64,000 nucleotides of DNA from an uncultured delta proteobacterium (lineage in GTDB: Bacteria > Myxococcota > Myxococcia > Myxococcales > Myxococcaceae): positions 1 through 64,000 of the forward strand of contig CAWCKH010000003.1 of NCBI GenBank assembly GCA_963796055.1, read 5' to 3'. Made by a program: the position numbers and the translations under genes. Under the pieces are notes generated by a model that was not told where the DNA came from, ran no database searches, and saw only the letters and a program-made list of their open reading frames with translations. Shown piece after piece: positions 28,547-40,188 of the stretch. Positions within the stretch are counted from its first letter, which is position 1; each line of letters opens with the position of its first letter.

Positions 28547-30672
28547 CCCTTGCCCTCGCGCAGCTCGGGGCCGGACAGCAGCTCGGCCTGCACTCCGCTC
28601 CCGTTGCCGTTGGCCTGGACAGGCACGTCGGCCGCGCGGCGTGACTGCTCGCGCTCCTTGTAGCGGCGGATGGCCCCGCTGAGGATCTCCCCGATCAGCG
28701 TCCGGTAGTCCATGCCCGCGCCCTTGGCGATGAGGACCAGGTCGCTCCACCCCGGGGTGAGCCCGGGCAGGGGGTTGCACTCCAGGAAGTAGAAGCGCCC
28801 CCGCCCGTCCATCCGGAAGTCGATGCGTGCCACGTCCCGGCACCCCAGGGCCATGAACGCCCCGCGGGCCGCGGTGCGGAGCTTCTCGATCTGGTTCGGC
28901 TCCAGCTTGGCTGGCACGTCGTAGCGGATCCGATCGTTCCAGTCGAGCTTGTGCTGGAAGCTGTAGACCGGGTTCTCCTCCTCGGTATCGACGAAGACGA
29001 TCTCCATCGGGGGGAGCACCCGCGGCCTCCGCTCGCCCAGCAGGCCGACGGTGAACTCCCGGCCGCGGATGTACTCCTCCACCAGCGCCGGCTGCTGGTA
29101 CTTGCTCACCATCTCTCGCACCACGTCGCGGAGCTCGGCCTCGTTCTGCACCACGCTCTTGCTCACCACGCCCTTGCTCGAGCCCTCGGCCACCGGCTTC
29201 ACCATCAGCGGGAAGTCGGTGAACTCCCGATTCAGGCGCTCCTTGCCGGTGGTGAAGATCTGGAAGTTCGGGGTGTGGATGCCGTGCTGCCGGACGATCT
29301 TCTTGGCCAGCGCCTTGTCCAGCGCCAGCGACAGCGTCGCCGGATCGCTTCCTGTATACGGGATGTCCAGCAGCTCCAGCAGCGACGGGACCTGGGCCTC
29401 GCGGTTCCGTCCCTTGAAGCCCTCGGCGATGTTGAACACCAGATCCAGCGGCGTGACCGCCAGCACGTTGGGCAGCTCCTGGTTCGCCTCGAGATCGATG
29501 ACCTCGTGTCCCCAGCTGGCGATGGCCTCGCGGATGGCCTGCAAGGTGCTCGGGCTGTCGTACTCGGCCTCCGAGTCCTCCACCGCGTCGGCGGTGGGCT
29601 TGATGCGCTTGACGTTGTAGGCAAAACCGACCCGGAGCGGCCCGGTCTTGCGCGGAGGCTTGCCCTGACGCCGCGGGCCGTCCTTGATGCCGTAGCGGCG
29701 TGCCGCGGCCTGGATGACCGAGCCGATGACCGCGTCGAAGTGCAGTCCGTCCAGCTCGGCGGCGGCGTAGATGCCCGCGCCTGGCTCCAGCGAGGGCAGC
29801 GCGTTGATCTCCAGGAAGTAGGGCACGCCGGCGTCGCTCATCCGGAAGTCGATCCGGCCCAGGTCACGGCAGTCGGTGAGCCGGAACACGGTTTGCGCCG
29901 TCCGCCGGAGCTCGTCGGCGATGGCGGTGGGAATGGCCGCCGGGGCCTTCACGCTCACCGCCTTGTCCTCGGAGGTCTTCAGCGCGTAGTCGTAGATGGC
30001 GTAGCGGCGGCGGCGGGACAGCTCCGGGTCGATGACGTACTCCACCGGGGCCAGCACGCCGTCGTAGTCGTTCTCCACCGCGGCGAGGTACGGGACGGTG
30101 AGGTCACGACCCGAGATGTACTCCTCCACCAGGATGCCGGCGGGGTAGCGCTCCAGCGCGCGGCGGACCTTCTCCTCCAGCTCGGCCACGGTCTCCGCCA
30201 CCGAGTCCTGGGTGATGCCCTTGCTGCTTCCCTCGAAGTTCGGCTTGACGATGACCGGGAAGCGCAGGGCCGAGGCCTTCAGCTCGTCGAGCTTCTCGAT
30301 GTACTGCCAGCCGGGAGTGCGGACGTCGTGGTCGCGAAGGATGAGCTTGGTCAGCTGCTTGTCCAGGGTGACCGCCAGGGCGTAGGCGTCACTCCCCGTA
30401 TACGGGAAACCCAGCTCGTCGAAGAGCGCCGGGTAGAAGGCCTCGCGGAAGCGCCCCCGCCTTCCCTCCGCAGTGTTGAAGATGAGGTCCGGTGAGTAGG
30501 CCTCGAGCCGGGCCACCGTCCGCGAGGCGGGCCCCGAGACCTCGAAACGCTCCAGCCGGTGCCCCAGCCGGTCGATGGCCCCGGCGAGGGCGTCGACCGT
30601 CTGCTGGGTGTCGAACTCCGCCTCCTCTTCCGAGTCGGAGAGGCGGAGGTTGTAGGTCAGCGCGATGCGCAC
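28543..30672 (-). CDS. Tandem double ATP-grasp protein, D-Ala-D-Ala ligase-like
   Basis: Two repeats of FN.AEG...PYTGSD...LDK...VKP..EGSSKG...VEEYI.GR...RIDFR...E.N.LP.L. Confidence 0.88.
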   Translation of the reverse strand: MRIALTYNLRLSDSEEEAEFDTQQTVDALAGAIDRLGHRLERFEVSGPASRTVARLEAYSPDLIFNTAEGRRGRFREAFYPALFDELGFPYTGSDAYALAVTLDKQLTKLILRDHDVRTPGWQYIEKLDELKASALRFPVIVKPNFEGSSKGITQDSVAETVAELEEKVRRALERYPAGILVEEYISGRDLTVPYLAAVENDYDGVLAPVEYVIDPELSRRRRYAIYDYALKTSEDKAVSVKAPAAIPTAIADELRRTAQTVFRLTDCRDLGRIDFRMSDAGVPYFLEINALPSLEPGAGIYAAAELDGLHFDAVIGSVIQAAARRYGIKDGPRRQGKPPRKTGPLRVGFAYNVKRIKPTADAVEDSEAEYDSPSTLQAIREAIASWGHEVIDLEANQELPNVLAVTPLDLVFNIAEGFKGRNREAQVPSLLELLDIPYTGSDPATLSLALDKALAKKIVRQHGIHTPNFQIFTTGKERLNREFTDFPLMVKPVAEGSSKGVVSKSVVQNEAELRDVVREMVSKYQQPALVEEYIRGREFTVGLLGERRPRVLPPMEIVFVDTEEENPVYSFQHKLDWNDRIRYDVPAKLEPNQIEKLRTAARGAFMALGCRDVARIDFRMDGRGRFYFLECNPLPGLTPGWSDLVLIAKGAGMDYRTLIGEILSGAIRRYKEREQSRRAADVPVQANGNGSGVQAELLSGPELREGKG

Positions 30673-30677
30673 GGCGG

Positions 30678-31256
30678 TCAGCGTCCTCCCGAGGAATCGG
30701 ACCGGTCGGCGGTGCCGGTCATCCAGCGCTCCGGTCCCACCGGCACGCCCTGGGCGCGGGCCAGCGCCTGCGAGCCCGAGACCACCTTCCCATCCACCAC
30801 CTGGGTCTGCGCCCAGACGTCGCCCAGGCGGCGGCCGAGCGGATCGCGGAGCGCCTTCCAGGCCTCGACCGCGGCGATGACCACCCCCCCCGCCAGCCCG
30901 GCCCGGAGCCCCAGCGGCTCCGGCATCATCCGGAGCAGCACGACCAGCGCCAGCGGGGCGTTGCGCAAGGTGCTGTCCCGGAAGCGCGCGTCGGTCCGCA
31001 TCGGGAGGAACACCGCCTTCACCCCGAAGATGCGCTTGCCCACGCTCTGGCCATGGAAGATGCCGTCGGCGAGCAGGAGATAAAGGAGGGCCACCACCAG
31101 CCCGGCCCGCCCGGCGGCGAGCGCCAGGACCCAGGCCACGCCCAGGTCGGCCAGGCGCGCCATGCCCCGCAGCAGCAGCGAGCAGCGCGGATACGGCGAC
31201 TCGGGGATCCCATCCTCGGGAACGACCCTCAGGTCTGGCGCGCGCAGCCGGCTCAT
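30678..31256 (-). CDS. RDD-family membrane protein
   Basis: R..A.LAD, GQSVGKRIFGVK, RN, RRLGDVWAQTQVV. Confidence 0.85.
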   Translation of the reverse strand: MSRLRAPDLRVVPEDGIPESPYPRCSLLLRGMARLADLGVAWVLALAAGRAGLVVALLYLLLADGIFHGQSVGKRIFGVKAVFLPMRTDARFRDSTLRNAPLALVVLLRMMPEPLGLRAGLAGGVVIAAVEAWKALRDPLGRRLGDVWAQTQVVDGKVVSGSQALARAQGVPVGPERWMTGTADRSDSSGGR

Positions 31257-31591
31257 GACTCCTCTCCTTCCGCGGCCAGCGCCGCCAGCCGACCCCAGGC
31301 GTCGTGGACCCGGGCCTCGGTCCTCGCCTCGGCCGCCTGCGCCGCCTCCGCCGCGGGCGCCTCGCTGGCGCGGGTGAAGAAGACGAAGGCCATCGCCGGG
31401 CGCTTGGAGGACTCGCGCATCGCGAACTGCACGTTCTCCAGGGTCCAGCCCTGGCGGACCCAGACGTTCACCGTGTGCTCGAGGCTGCCCTCGTCCACGG
31501 TGGAGAGCTCCACCACCTTGTAGTGGAGAGCCGCCGGTCGAGGCGGAGGCTTCCCCGAGCTCCTGCCCCTGCCCTTCCGCGCGCGGCTCAC
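31253..31591 (-). CDS. Small DUF4177-like protein
   Basis: YKVVE...LE..VN.W..QGW.L...AFVFFTR pattern; GTG overlaps the hemB stop. Confidence 0.7.
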   Translation of the reverse strand: MSRARKGRGRSSGKPPPRPAALHYKVVELSTVDEGSLEHTVNVWVRQGWTLENVQFAMRESSKRPAMAFVFFTRASEAPAAEAAQAAEARTEARVHDAWGRLAALAAEGEES

Positions 31592-32562
31592 GAGTTCAGC
31601 AGCTCGGCGGCTTCCACCGCGTGGTAGGTGAGGATGAGGTCCGCGCCGGCGCGCTTGATGGAGGTCAGCACCTCCATCATCACCCGGGGCCCGTCGATCC
31701 ATCCGTTCGCCGCGGCCGCCTTGAGCATCGCGTACTCCCCCGAGACGTTGTATGCGGCCACCGGAACGTCGAAGCGCTCCTTCACCCGGGCAATCACGTC
31801 CAGGTAGCTGAGCGCGGGCTTCACCATCACCATGTCCGCGCCCTCCTCCAGGTCGAGCGCGGTCTCCTTGAGCGCCTCGCGGACGTTGCCCGGGTCCATC
31901 TGGTAACCGCGCCGGTCTCCGAACTGGGGCGTGCTCTGCGCCGCCTCCCGGAACGGCCCGTAGAACCCGGAAGCGTACTTCGCGGCGTAGCTGAGGATGG
32001 GCGTCCCGGCGAGCCCCGCCCCGTCGAGCGCGGTGCGGATGGCCCTCACCCGCCCGTCCATCATGTCGGAGGGGGCGACGACGTCCGCGCCGGCCCGGGC
32101 ACACGAGACTGCCATCTGTGCCAGCAGGGGCAGGCTCTGGTCGTTGTCCACCTCGCCCCCGTGGATGACCCCGCAGTGGCCGTGGTCGGTGTACTCGCAG
32201 AGGCACACGTCGGCGATGAGCTGCAGCTCGGGCACCGAGGCCTTCATCGCCCGGAGCGCCTTCTGGACGATGCCGTCCTCGGCCCAGGCCCCCGTCCCCC
32301 GCGGATCCTTGTGGCCCGGGATGCCGAAGAGGATGACTGCCGGCACCCCCACCGCCCGGGCGCGCTTTGCCTCCTCGACCGCCAGGTCGACCGAGAGGTT
32401 GTCGATGCCCGGCATGGAGGGCACTGGCTTCCGGACGTTCCGGCCCTCGACCACGAAGAGCGGGTAGATGAAGTCCGACGGCCGGAGCTCGGTTTCGCGC
32501 ACCATGCGCCGGAGCGCCTCGGTGCGGCGCAGTCGGCGGGGACGGTGGGTCGGAAAGGCCAT
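31588..32562 (-). CDS. hemB: Porphobilinogen synthase (Zn-type)
   Basis: [51 protein letters not shown]. Confidence 0.98.
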   Translation of the reverse strand: MAFPTHRPRRLRRTEALRRMVRETELRPSDFIYPLFVVEGRNVRKPVPSMPGIDNLSVDLAVEEAKRARAVGVPAVILFGIPGHKDPRGTGAWAEDGIVQKALRAMKASVPELQLIADVCLCEYTDHGHCGVIHGGEVDNDQSLPLLAQMAVSCARAGADVVAPSDMMDGRVRAIRTALDGAGLAGTPILSYAAKYASGFYGPFREAAQSTPQFGDRRGYQMDPGNVREALKETALDLEEGADMVMVKPALSYLDVIARVKERFDVPVAAYNVSGEYAMLKAAAANGWIDGPRVMMEVLTSIKRAGADLILTYHAVEAAELLNS

Positions 32563-32617
32563 TCTGACGGCTCTGTTTTACCGCGACCGCCGACTCCGCG
32601 CATTAAACAGGCGCCCC

Positions 32618-33686
32618 ATGCCCGGCGGCTTCTCCTGGACGGAGATCGGCGTCGACCCCGCCCGGGTCCGCATCATCCGCGAGGTGCCCCTGCCATCCCG
32701 GGGCGACTTCGTCCTGTACTGGTGCATGGTGAATCAGCGCGTGCCCCACAACCACGCGCTGCAGACGGCCATCGCTCTGGGGAACAGGCTCCGGCTTCCG
32801 GTCGTCTGCTACCACGCGCTGCGGCCGGACTACCCGCACGCCTCCGACCGGCTGCACGCCTTCGTCCTCCAGGGGCTGGACGAGCTGGGGGGCGCCATGC
32901 GCGCCCGGGGGGTGCCGTACTGGCTCGAACTCCCCCGGACCACCGCCCAGCACCTCCCCCGGCTGGCGGAGCTCGGGAAGCGGGCGGCGGCCATCGTCTC
33001 CGACTGGTTCCCCTCCTTCATCATCCCCGGGCACCTGCGCGGGGCGGCGAGGACGCTGGCGGTTCCACTGGTGGCGGTGGACGCCTCCTGCGTGGTTCCC
33101 ATGCAGCGCATCCCCGAGAAGCAGGTAGGGGCCTACGCGCTCCGGCCCAAGCTCCGGAAGCTCTGGCCGGAGTACCTGGGCAAGCTCCCCGACGGGCCCG
33201 ACCCTGCGCACGCCCCGGCCTCCTTTGTGGGCCCAGCAGACGCTGCGCGCGCACGCCAGGGACCGGCGCGAGCACCTCTACACGCTCGAGCAGCTCGACC
33301 GGGGCGAGACCGGCGACCCGCTCTGGAACGCCGCCCAGCGCGAGCTCCGCGAGGAGGGGCGCATCCACGGCTACCTACGCATGCTGTGGGGGAAGAAGAT
33401 CCTCGAGTGGAGCCCCTCGCCGGACGAGGCGCTGGGGCGGCTCGCCCACCTCAACGACCGTTACGCGCTCGATGGACGGGACGCGGTCAGCGTGGCCAAC
33501 TTCATGTGGGTGCTCGGGCTGCACGACAGGCCCTTCCAGGAACGCCGGGTCCTCGGCAAGGTTCGGCCGATGAGCTCGCTCCGGACGGCGGAGAAAGTCG
33601 ACCTGGGACCCTACCTGGCCCGCTACGGTGGGCCGGACGCAGCCCGGGTGAAGCTTCCGAGGCGACGCAAGGCTGAAGGAGTCTGA
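32618..33686 (+). pseudogene. phr: Class II CPD photolyase, frameshifted near 33220 and apparently internally deleted
   Basis: N-half FVLYW...NHAL...VDASCVVP...AYALRPKL in one frame; C-half WA..TL..H..D.R..Y.LEQL...TGDPLWNAAQ.EL...G.IHGYLRMLWGKKILEW...NDRYALDGRD in another; the central LSPYLHFG/RELA segment is absent. Confidence 0.8.
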
Positions 33687-33692
33687 ACGACG

Positions 33693-34004
33693 ATGGGCAA
33701 GATCGACTTCCACGTGGCGCACACGCTCTCGCTCGCCGAGGCCAAGAAGCGGATGGAGCGCCTCACCGCCCACTGGGCCAAGCACGGCATCCAGTCCACC
33801 TGGGCCGGAGACGAGGCGAAGCTCCACGGCAGGGTGCTGGGCATCCACCTGGATGCGACGCTGCGGGTCACCGACAAGACGGTGGGCGGAGAAGCGAGCG
33901 ATCCCGGGCTCCTGCTTCGCGGGCAGGCAAAGAAGTACCTGACCCACAAGTTCGCGACCTGGCTCGACCCGAAGAAGTCGATCGAGGAGCTCGAGCGGAG
34001 TTGA
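33693..34004 (+). CDS. Polyhydroxyalkanoic acid system family protein
   Basis: ~100 aa; ID..V.H.L...EAK.R pattern of the PHA_gran_rgn family. Confidence 0.7.
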   Translation: MGKIDFHVAHTLSLAEAKKRMERLTAHWAKHGIQSTWAGDEAKLHGRVLGIHLDATLRVTDKTVGGEASDPGLLLRGQAKKYLTHKFATWLDPKKSIEELERS

Positions 34005-34012
34005 GTCCGGCT

Positions 34013-34351
34013 CCGCCCTGAGGAGGTCCAAGGCCCGCCTCGGCGAGCGGCAGACCCCTCCTCGGGCGGCCTGCGCGCCTTCGAGAGCTCAGGGGAGGCA
34101 CGGGCGTGTTGCATTCGAGCCGGCGGCCTCGGCCACGGGGTGCGCTGCAAGCCGTCCCGGCCGGGCGACCGATTCGGTATGCCCAGGGCGCTTCCAAATA
34201 CCAAACCGGTCGGGCAGCTGGGCCGGGGGGGGGCCGGCACCTGGCGGGCCCGTCCCGAACGGTTTCGCTGACCGCGTACTCGAAGCACCGCCCTCAGCTC
34301 CGGTGGGGTCGGCGGCTCACGTGAGCGGCGCGGGGTCGCGCAGGCCGTCCG
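34013..34351. other. Long nested inverted-repeat (rod-like) intergenic element upstream of trpE
   Basis: Colinear pairings 34063-77/34337-51, 34085-94/34291-300, 34114-19/34279-84, 34139-43/34237-41, 34166-80/34198-212, plus an alternative hairpin 34013-34069. Confidence 0.55.
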
Positions 34352-34465
34352 GGACCGCCTCCGCGCACCGCCTCACGACCGGCGGTGTCCCATCGGGGCA
34401 ACGTGCACACGGGCGACGCCCCCCTGGGGCGCCGTTCCACGCGCTTGCGCTAGGGTCCCCCATCG

Positions 34466-35941
34466 ATGCGTGACACCCGGATGAGCCTGGCCAGCTTCGA
34501 GCGACTCGCTACCCGGGGGAACCTCGTGCCGGTGTGGCGCGAGCTCCCGGGGGACACCGAGACGCCGGTCAGCGCCTTCCTCAAGCTGCCCACGCCCTCG
34601 CACGCCTTCCTGCTCGAGTCGGTGCAGGGCGGCGAGCGCTGGGGCCGGTACTCCTTCCTCGGGGACGAGCCCATCGCGCTGGTGCGCCAGGGTCCGGACG
34701 GGGTGGTGATCGAGCAGGCCGGCTCGCGCACCTTCGAGGACCAGCTGCCCCCGCTGGACGCCCTTCGCGAGCTGATGGAGCCATTCGAGTTCGCGCGGCC
34801 CGAAGACGCCCCGCCCTTCGTCGGCGGCCTGGTGGGCTACCTGGGACACGGCGCGGTGCGCTGGTTCGAGCCCCGCGTGCCCCAGCGCCACGGGCCCGAT
34901 CCGGACTTCCCCGACGGCGAGTGGATGCTCGTCGACCGCTGCGCGGTGTTCGACAACCTGAGTCACCGGCTCCGAACCTGGGCCTCGGTGCACCTGCCGC
35001 TCCACGGCAGCGTGGAGGCCGCGTACCGGGCGGCGATGGAGCGGGCGGACGCTCTCGCCGAGGCCCTGCAACGGCCGCTGCCCGCGCCCGGGCCGGTGCC
35101 GAAGCTCGGCGGGCTCGAGGACGGCTGGGAGCGCGCCGGCGTCGAGGCGGCCGTGGCGCGGGCCCGCGAGTACATCGCCGCCGGGGACTGCTACCAGGTG
35201 GTGCTCTCCAGGCGGTTGTCGGCCGACTACGAGGGCGATCCCTTCGAGCTGTACCGGGCGCTCCGTCGGGTGTCCCCCACCCCCTACCTGTTCTTCCTCC
35301 GCTTCGGCGCGCGGGCCCTGGCCGGCGCTTCGCCCGAGCTGCTGGTCCGCCTCTCGGGCGAGACGGTGACGGTGCGTCCCATCGCCGGCACCCGGAAGCG
35401 CGGGGCCACGCCCCGGGAGGACGCGGCGCTCGAGGCGGAGCTGAAGGCGGACCCGAAGGAGAGGGCCGAGCACGTGATGCTGGTGGACCTCGGCCGGAAC
35501 GACGTGGGGCGGGTCAGCCGTCCGGGCACGGTGAAGGTCGAGGAACGCGAGGTCATCGAGCGTTACAGCCACGTGATGCACATGGTCAGCCAGGTCTCCG
35601 GCACGCTCGACCCGGGGCTCGACGCCTGGGACGTGGTCGCGGCCACCTTCCCCGCCGGCACCGTCAGCGGGGCCCCCAAGGTGCGGGCGCTGGAGATCAT
35701 CGACGCGCTGGAGCCGGTCTCGCGCGGGCCCTACGCCGGGGCCGCGGGGTACGTCGGCTTCGACGGCGACATGGACCTGGCCATCGTCATCCGCAGCGTC
35801 GCCCTGAGCGGACGGCGGCTGCGGTTCCAGGCCGGCGCGGGCATCGTGCATGACAGCATCCCCGAGGCCGAGTACCAGGAGACGGCGCACAAGCTCCGGG
35901 CTGCCTTGGTCGCCATCGCCGGAGACGAGGCAGGCCAGTGA
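34466..35941 (+). CDS. trpE: Anthranilate synthase component I
   Basis: DTETPVSAF, LLESV..GERWGRYSF, SPTPY, PIAGTR, KERAEHVMLVDLGRND, FPAGTVSGAPK. Confidence 0.96.
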   Translation: MRDTRMSLASFERLATRGNLVPVWRELPGDTETPVSAFLKLPTPSHAFLLESVQGGERWGRYSFLGDEPIALVRQGPDGVVIEQAGSRTFEDQLPPLDALRELMEPFEFARPEDAPPFVGGLVGYLGHGAVRWFEPRVPQRHGPDPDFPDGEWMLVDRCAVFDNLSHRLRTWASVHLPLHGSVEAAYRAAMERADALAEALQRPLPAPGPVPKLGGLEDGWERAGVEAAVARAREYIAAGDCYQVVLSRRLSADYEGDPFELYRALRRVSPTPYLFFLRFGARALAGASPELLVRLSGETVTVRPIAGTRKRGATPREDAALEAELKADPKERAEHVMLVDLGRNDVGRVSRPGTVKVEEREVIERYSHVMHMVSQVSGTLDPGLDAWDVVAATFPAGTVSGAPKVRALEIIDALEPVSRGPYAGAAGYVGFDGDMDLAIVIRSVALSGRRLRFQAGAGIVHDSIPEAEYQETAHKLRAALVAIAGDEAGQ

Positions 35942-36516
35942 TCCTCGTGGTCGACAACTACGACTCGTTCACCTTCAATCTGGTCCAGGCCCTCCAGTCG
36001 CTGGGCGCCGAGGTGGAGGTGCACCGGAACGACGAGATCTCCGTCGACGACGTCCGGGCGATGGCCCCGGAGGCGGTGGTCCTCAGCCCGGGGCCTTGCA
36101 CCCCGGCCGAGGCCGGCATCTCCGTCCCGCTCGTCCGGGCGCTCAGCGGCTCGCTCCCGATCCTCGGGGTCTGCCTGGGCCACCAGTCCATCGGCGTGGC
36201 CTTCGGCGGGGTGGTCAAGCGCGCGGGGCGGGTGGTGCACGGGAAGACGTCCCCCGTCTCGCACGAGGGCACCGGGCTGTTCGCCGGCCTGCCGCGTCCG
36301 CTCCCCGTCGGCCGCTACCACTCGCTGGTCGTCGAGCGGAGCACCTTGCCGGAGGTGCTCGAGGTCACCGCGGTCTCCGCCGACGACGGGGAGGTGATGG
36401 CCCTCCGCCACCGGACCCACCCCACCGTGGGCGTGCAGTTCCACCCGGAGAGCGTGCTCACCCCGGACGGCCCGGTGCTGCTCCGGAACTTCCTAAAGGG
36501 ACGGCTCGGTCCATGA
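35938..36516 (+). CDS. trpG: Anthranilate synthase component II (glutamine amidotransferase)
   Basis: VDNYDSFTFNL, SPGPC.P, GVCLGHQ, RYHSL, GVQFHPES. Confidence 0.96.
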   Translation: MILVVDNYDSFTFNLVQALQSLGAEVEVHRNDEISVDDVRAMAPEAVVLSPGPCTPAEAGISVPLVRALSGSLPILGVCLGHQSIGVAFGGVVKRAGRVVHGKTSPVSHEGTGLFAGLPRPLPVGRYHSLVVERSTLPEVLEVTAVSADDGEVMALRHRTHPTVGVQFHPESVLTPDGPVLLRNFLKGRLGP

Positions 36517-37535
36517 AGGCCATCCTCCAGAAGCTGGTGGAACGGGTGGACCTCAGCCCCGCCGAGGTCGAGGCCGCCTTCGAGGCCATCTTCCAGGGCG
36601 AGGCCACCCCGGCGCAGATGGGCGCCTTCCTCGTCGGGCTCCGGATGAAAGGCGAGACGCCGGCGGAGATCGCCGCGGCGGCCACGGTGATGCGCCGCCG
36701 GGCCACCCCGGTGCGCACCCCGGCGGGACGGTTGGTCCTGGATACGTGTGGAACGGGCGGCGACGGCGCCGGCACCTTCAACATCTCCACCGCCGCCGCC
36801 CTGGTCGTCGCCGGGGCGGGCGTCACCGTGGCCAAGCACGGCAACCGCAGCGTCTCCTCCCAGAGCGGGAGCGCCGACCTCCTGACCGCCTGTGGCGTCC
36901 AGATCGACGCGCCGGTGGAGGTCGTCGAGCACTGTCTGGCCGAGGTGCGGATCGGCTTTCTCTACGCGCCCGCGTTGCACGGGGCCATGCGGCACGTCGG
37001 TCCGGTGCGACGCGAGGTGGGGGTACGAAGCATCTTCAACCTGCTCGGGCCTCTCGCCAACCCGGCCCACGCAACCCGCCAGCTGCTGGGCGTGTACGCC
37101 GCCTCGCTGGTCCCCGTGGTGGCCGAGACGCTGGCCCGGCTCGGGACGGAGCGGGCCCTGGTCGTCCACGGCCTCGAGGGGCTGGACGAGATCTCCCCCA
37201 CCGGGCCCACCCGCGCCGCATGGGTCGAGGCCGGACAGGTGCGCGAGGTGCTGCTCCGGCCGGAGGACGGTGGCCTGAAGCCGGTCGCCGGCGGCAGCAT
37301 CCGGGGTGGCACGCCCGAGGACAACGCCCGGCTCCTGGCCGGCCTGCTCGACGGACGCGACGGCCCGCTGCGCGACGCCGTGCTCCTGAACGCCGGGGCG
37401 GCGCTGTGGGTCGCCGACGCGGTGGACACGCTGGCCGAGGGTGTGCTCCGGGCGGCGGAGAGCATCGACTCCGGGGCGGCACGCACCCGGCTGGAGCGCC
37501 TGGTGGCCCTCACCCGGGCGGGCGTGACGGCGTGA
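36513..37535 (+). CDS. trpD: Anthranilate phosphoribosyltransferase
   Basis: DTCGTGGDG..TFNIST, AKHGNRS, FNLLGPLANP, GLDEIS. Confidence 0.96.
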   Translation: MKAILQKLVERVDLSPAEVEAAFEAIFQGEATPAQMGAFLVGLRMKGETPAEIAAAATVMRRRATPVRTPAGRLVLDTCGTGGDGAGTFNISTAAALVVAGAGVTVAKHGNRSVSSQSGSADLLTACGVQIDAPVEVVEHCLAEVRIGFLYAPALHGAMRHVGPVRREVGVRSIFNLLGPLANPAHATRQLLGVYAASLVPVVAETLARLGTERALVVHGLEGLDEISPTGPTRAAWVEAGQVREVLLRPEDGGLKPVAGGSIRGGTPEDNARLLAGLLDGRDGPLRDAVLLNAGAALWVADAVDTLAEGVLRAAESIDSGAARTRLERLVALTRAGVTA

Positions 37536-38353
37536 GCTCCGGGGGCGCCCACGCGCGCGCCTGGCGGCCACCCCGCGGCGTGCTGGCGGAGCTGGTGGAG
37601 GCGGCCCGCGAGGACTGCGCACGGCGCATGCGCGATCGCCCGCGGCTCCTGGCCGAGGTGGCGAGCCGGCCACGCCGGACCCCTGGGTTCGAGGCTGCGC
37701 TCCGGGGCGGCCCTGGGTTCCCCCTCATCGGCGAGGTGAAGCGCGCCTCGCCTTCCGCCGGGGCCATCCGCGCGGTCGACGCACCGGCGCAAGCACGGGC
37801 CTACGTCGATGGCGGCGCGCGATGTGTGAGCGTGCTCACCGAGGCGCGCCGTTTCGGCGGCTCCCTGGACGACCTCCGTGCGGTCCGCGCAGTGGTCGAT
37901 GTCCCGCTGCTGCGGAAGGACTTCGTGGTCGAGCCGTACATGGTGGCGGAGGCCGCCGAGGCCGGGGCGGACGCCGTCCTCCTCATCGCCGGCGCGCTGG
38001 AGCCCGAGCGCCTGCGCACCCTGTGGACCACCGCCCGTGAGCTCGGGCTCGACGTGCTGCTCGAGGTGGTCCAGCCCTTCGAGCTGGATGCGCCGGAGGC
38101 GCTGGGCGCGACGCTGGTCGGGGTGAACGCCCGCGACCTCGAGACGCTCGAGGTCGACGCGGGGCGGTTCGAGCGACTCGCTCCGTCGATTGCCCGGCCA
38201 GGGCGGCTCCTGGTGGCGGAGAGTGGAATCCGCGCCGTGGCGGACGTCCGGCGCCTCGCCGCGGCGGGGGCCGGCGCGGTGCTGGTGGGCGAGAGCCTGA
38301 TGCGGGCGCCGGATCCCGTGGCGGCGGTACGGGCCCTGGTGGAGGCGGCGTGA
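37532..38353 (+). CDS. trpC: Indole-3-glycerol phosphate synthase
   Basis: [41 protein letters not shown]. Confidence 0.95.
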   Translation: MSSGGAHARAWRPPRGVLAELVEAAREDCARRMRDRPRLLAEVASRPRRTPGFEAALRGGPGFPLIGEVKRASPSAGAIRAVDAPAQARAYVDGGARCVSVLTEARRFGGSLDDLRAVRAVVDVPLLRKDFVVEPYMVAEAAEAGADAVLLIAGALEPERLRTLWTTARELGLDVLLEVVQPFELDAPEALGATLVGVNARDLETLEVDAGRFERLAPSIARPGRLLVAESGIRAVADVRRLAAAGAGAVLVGESLMRAPDPVAAVRALVEAA

Positions 38354-38963
38354 GAACGCGGGTGAAGATCTGCGGCATCACCCGGCTCGCGGACGCGCTG
38401 GCCTCGGTCGAGGCCGGTGCAGACGCGGTGGGGTTCAACCTCTGGCCGGGCAGCAAGCGCCACGTCCCGCTCCACCGGGCAGTGGAGATCGCGGAGGCAT
38501 TGCCCCCTGGCGTGCTCCGCGTCGGGGTCTTCGTCCGGGCGAGCCCGGACCAGGTCCACGCCGCGGCACGCGCCCTCGGTCTGGGCGCAGTCCAGCTCCA
38601 CGGCGACGAGGACCCGGAGGACTACGCCCGGGTCGGCGCGGCCCTCTGGCAGGTGCTGCGGATCGGATCCGCACTTCCGCCGTCGGTGTCGCCCCGGGCG
38701 GCCGAGCTGCTGCTGGATGCGAAGGTGGATGGGTTCGGCGGCTCGGGGCAGCGCTTCGACTGGTCGCTGGCGCAGGGTGCGCGGCGGTTCGGGCTGCCGT
38801 TCTGGCTCGCGGGCGGACTGTCGCCGGCCAACGTCGGCGAGGCGGTCCGGCGGGCAGCGCCCGACGGGGTGGACGTGGCCTCCGGAGTGGAGTCGAGCCC
38901 CGGGGTGAAGGACGTGGGAATGGTGCGGGCCTTCGTGGCCGCGGTGCGCGCGGCGGAGGAGCG

Positions 38964-38967
<4 letters not shown>
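38350..38967 (+). CDS. trpF: Phosphoribosylanthranilate isomerase
   Basis: [38 protein letters not shown]. Confidence 0.96.
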
Positions 38968-40172
<1,205 letters not shown>

Positions 40173-40188
40173 GCGGGACGACGGGCCG

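Noticed and set aside
34005..34465. trp attenuator, T-box, RNase P, SRP or tmRNA in the trpE upstream region
   Set aside because: No tandem-Trp leader peptide, T-box, GAGGAAAGUCC or SRP loop consensus found; kept only as an unassigned hairpin.
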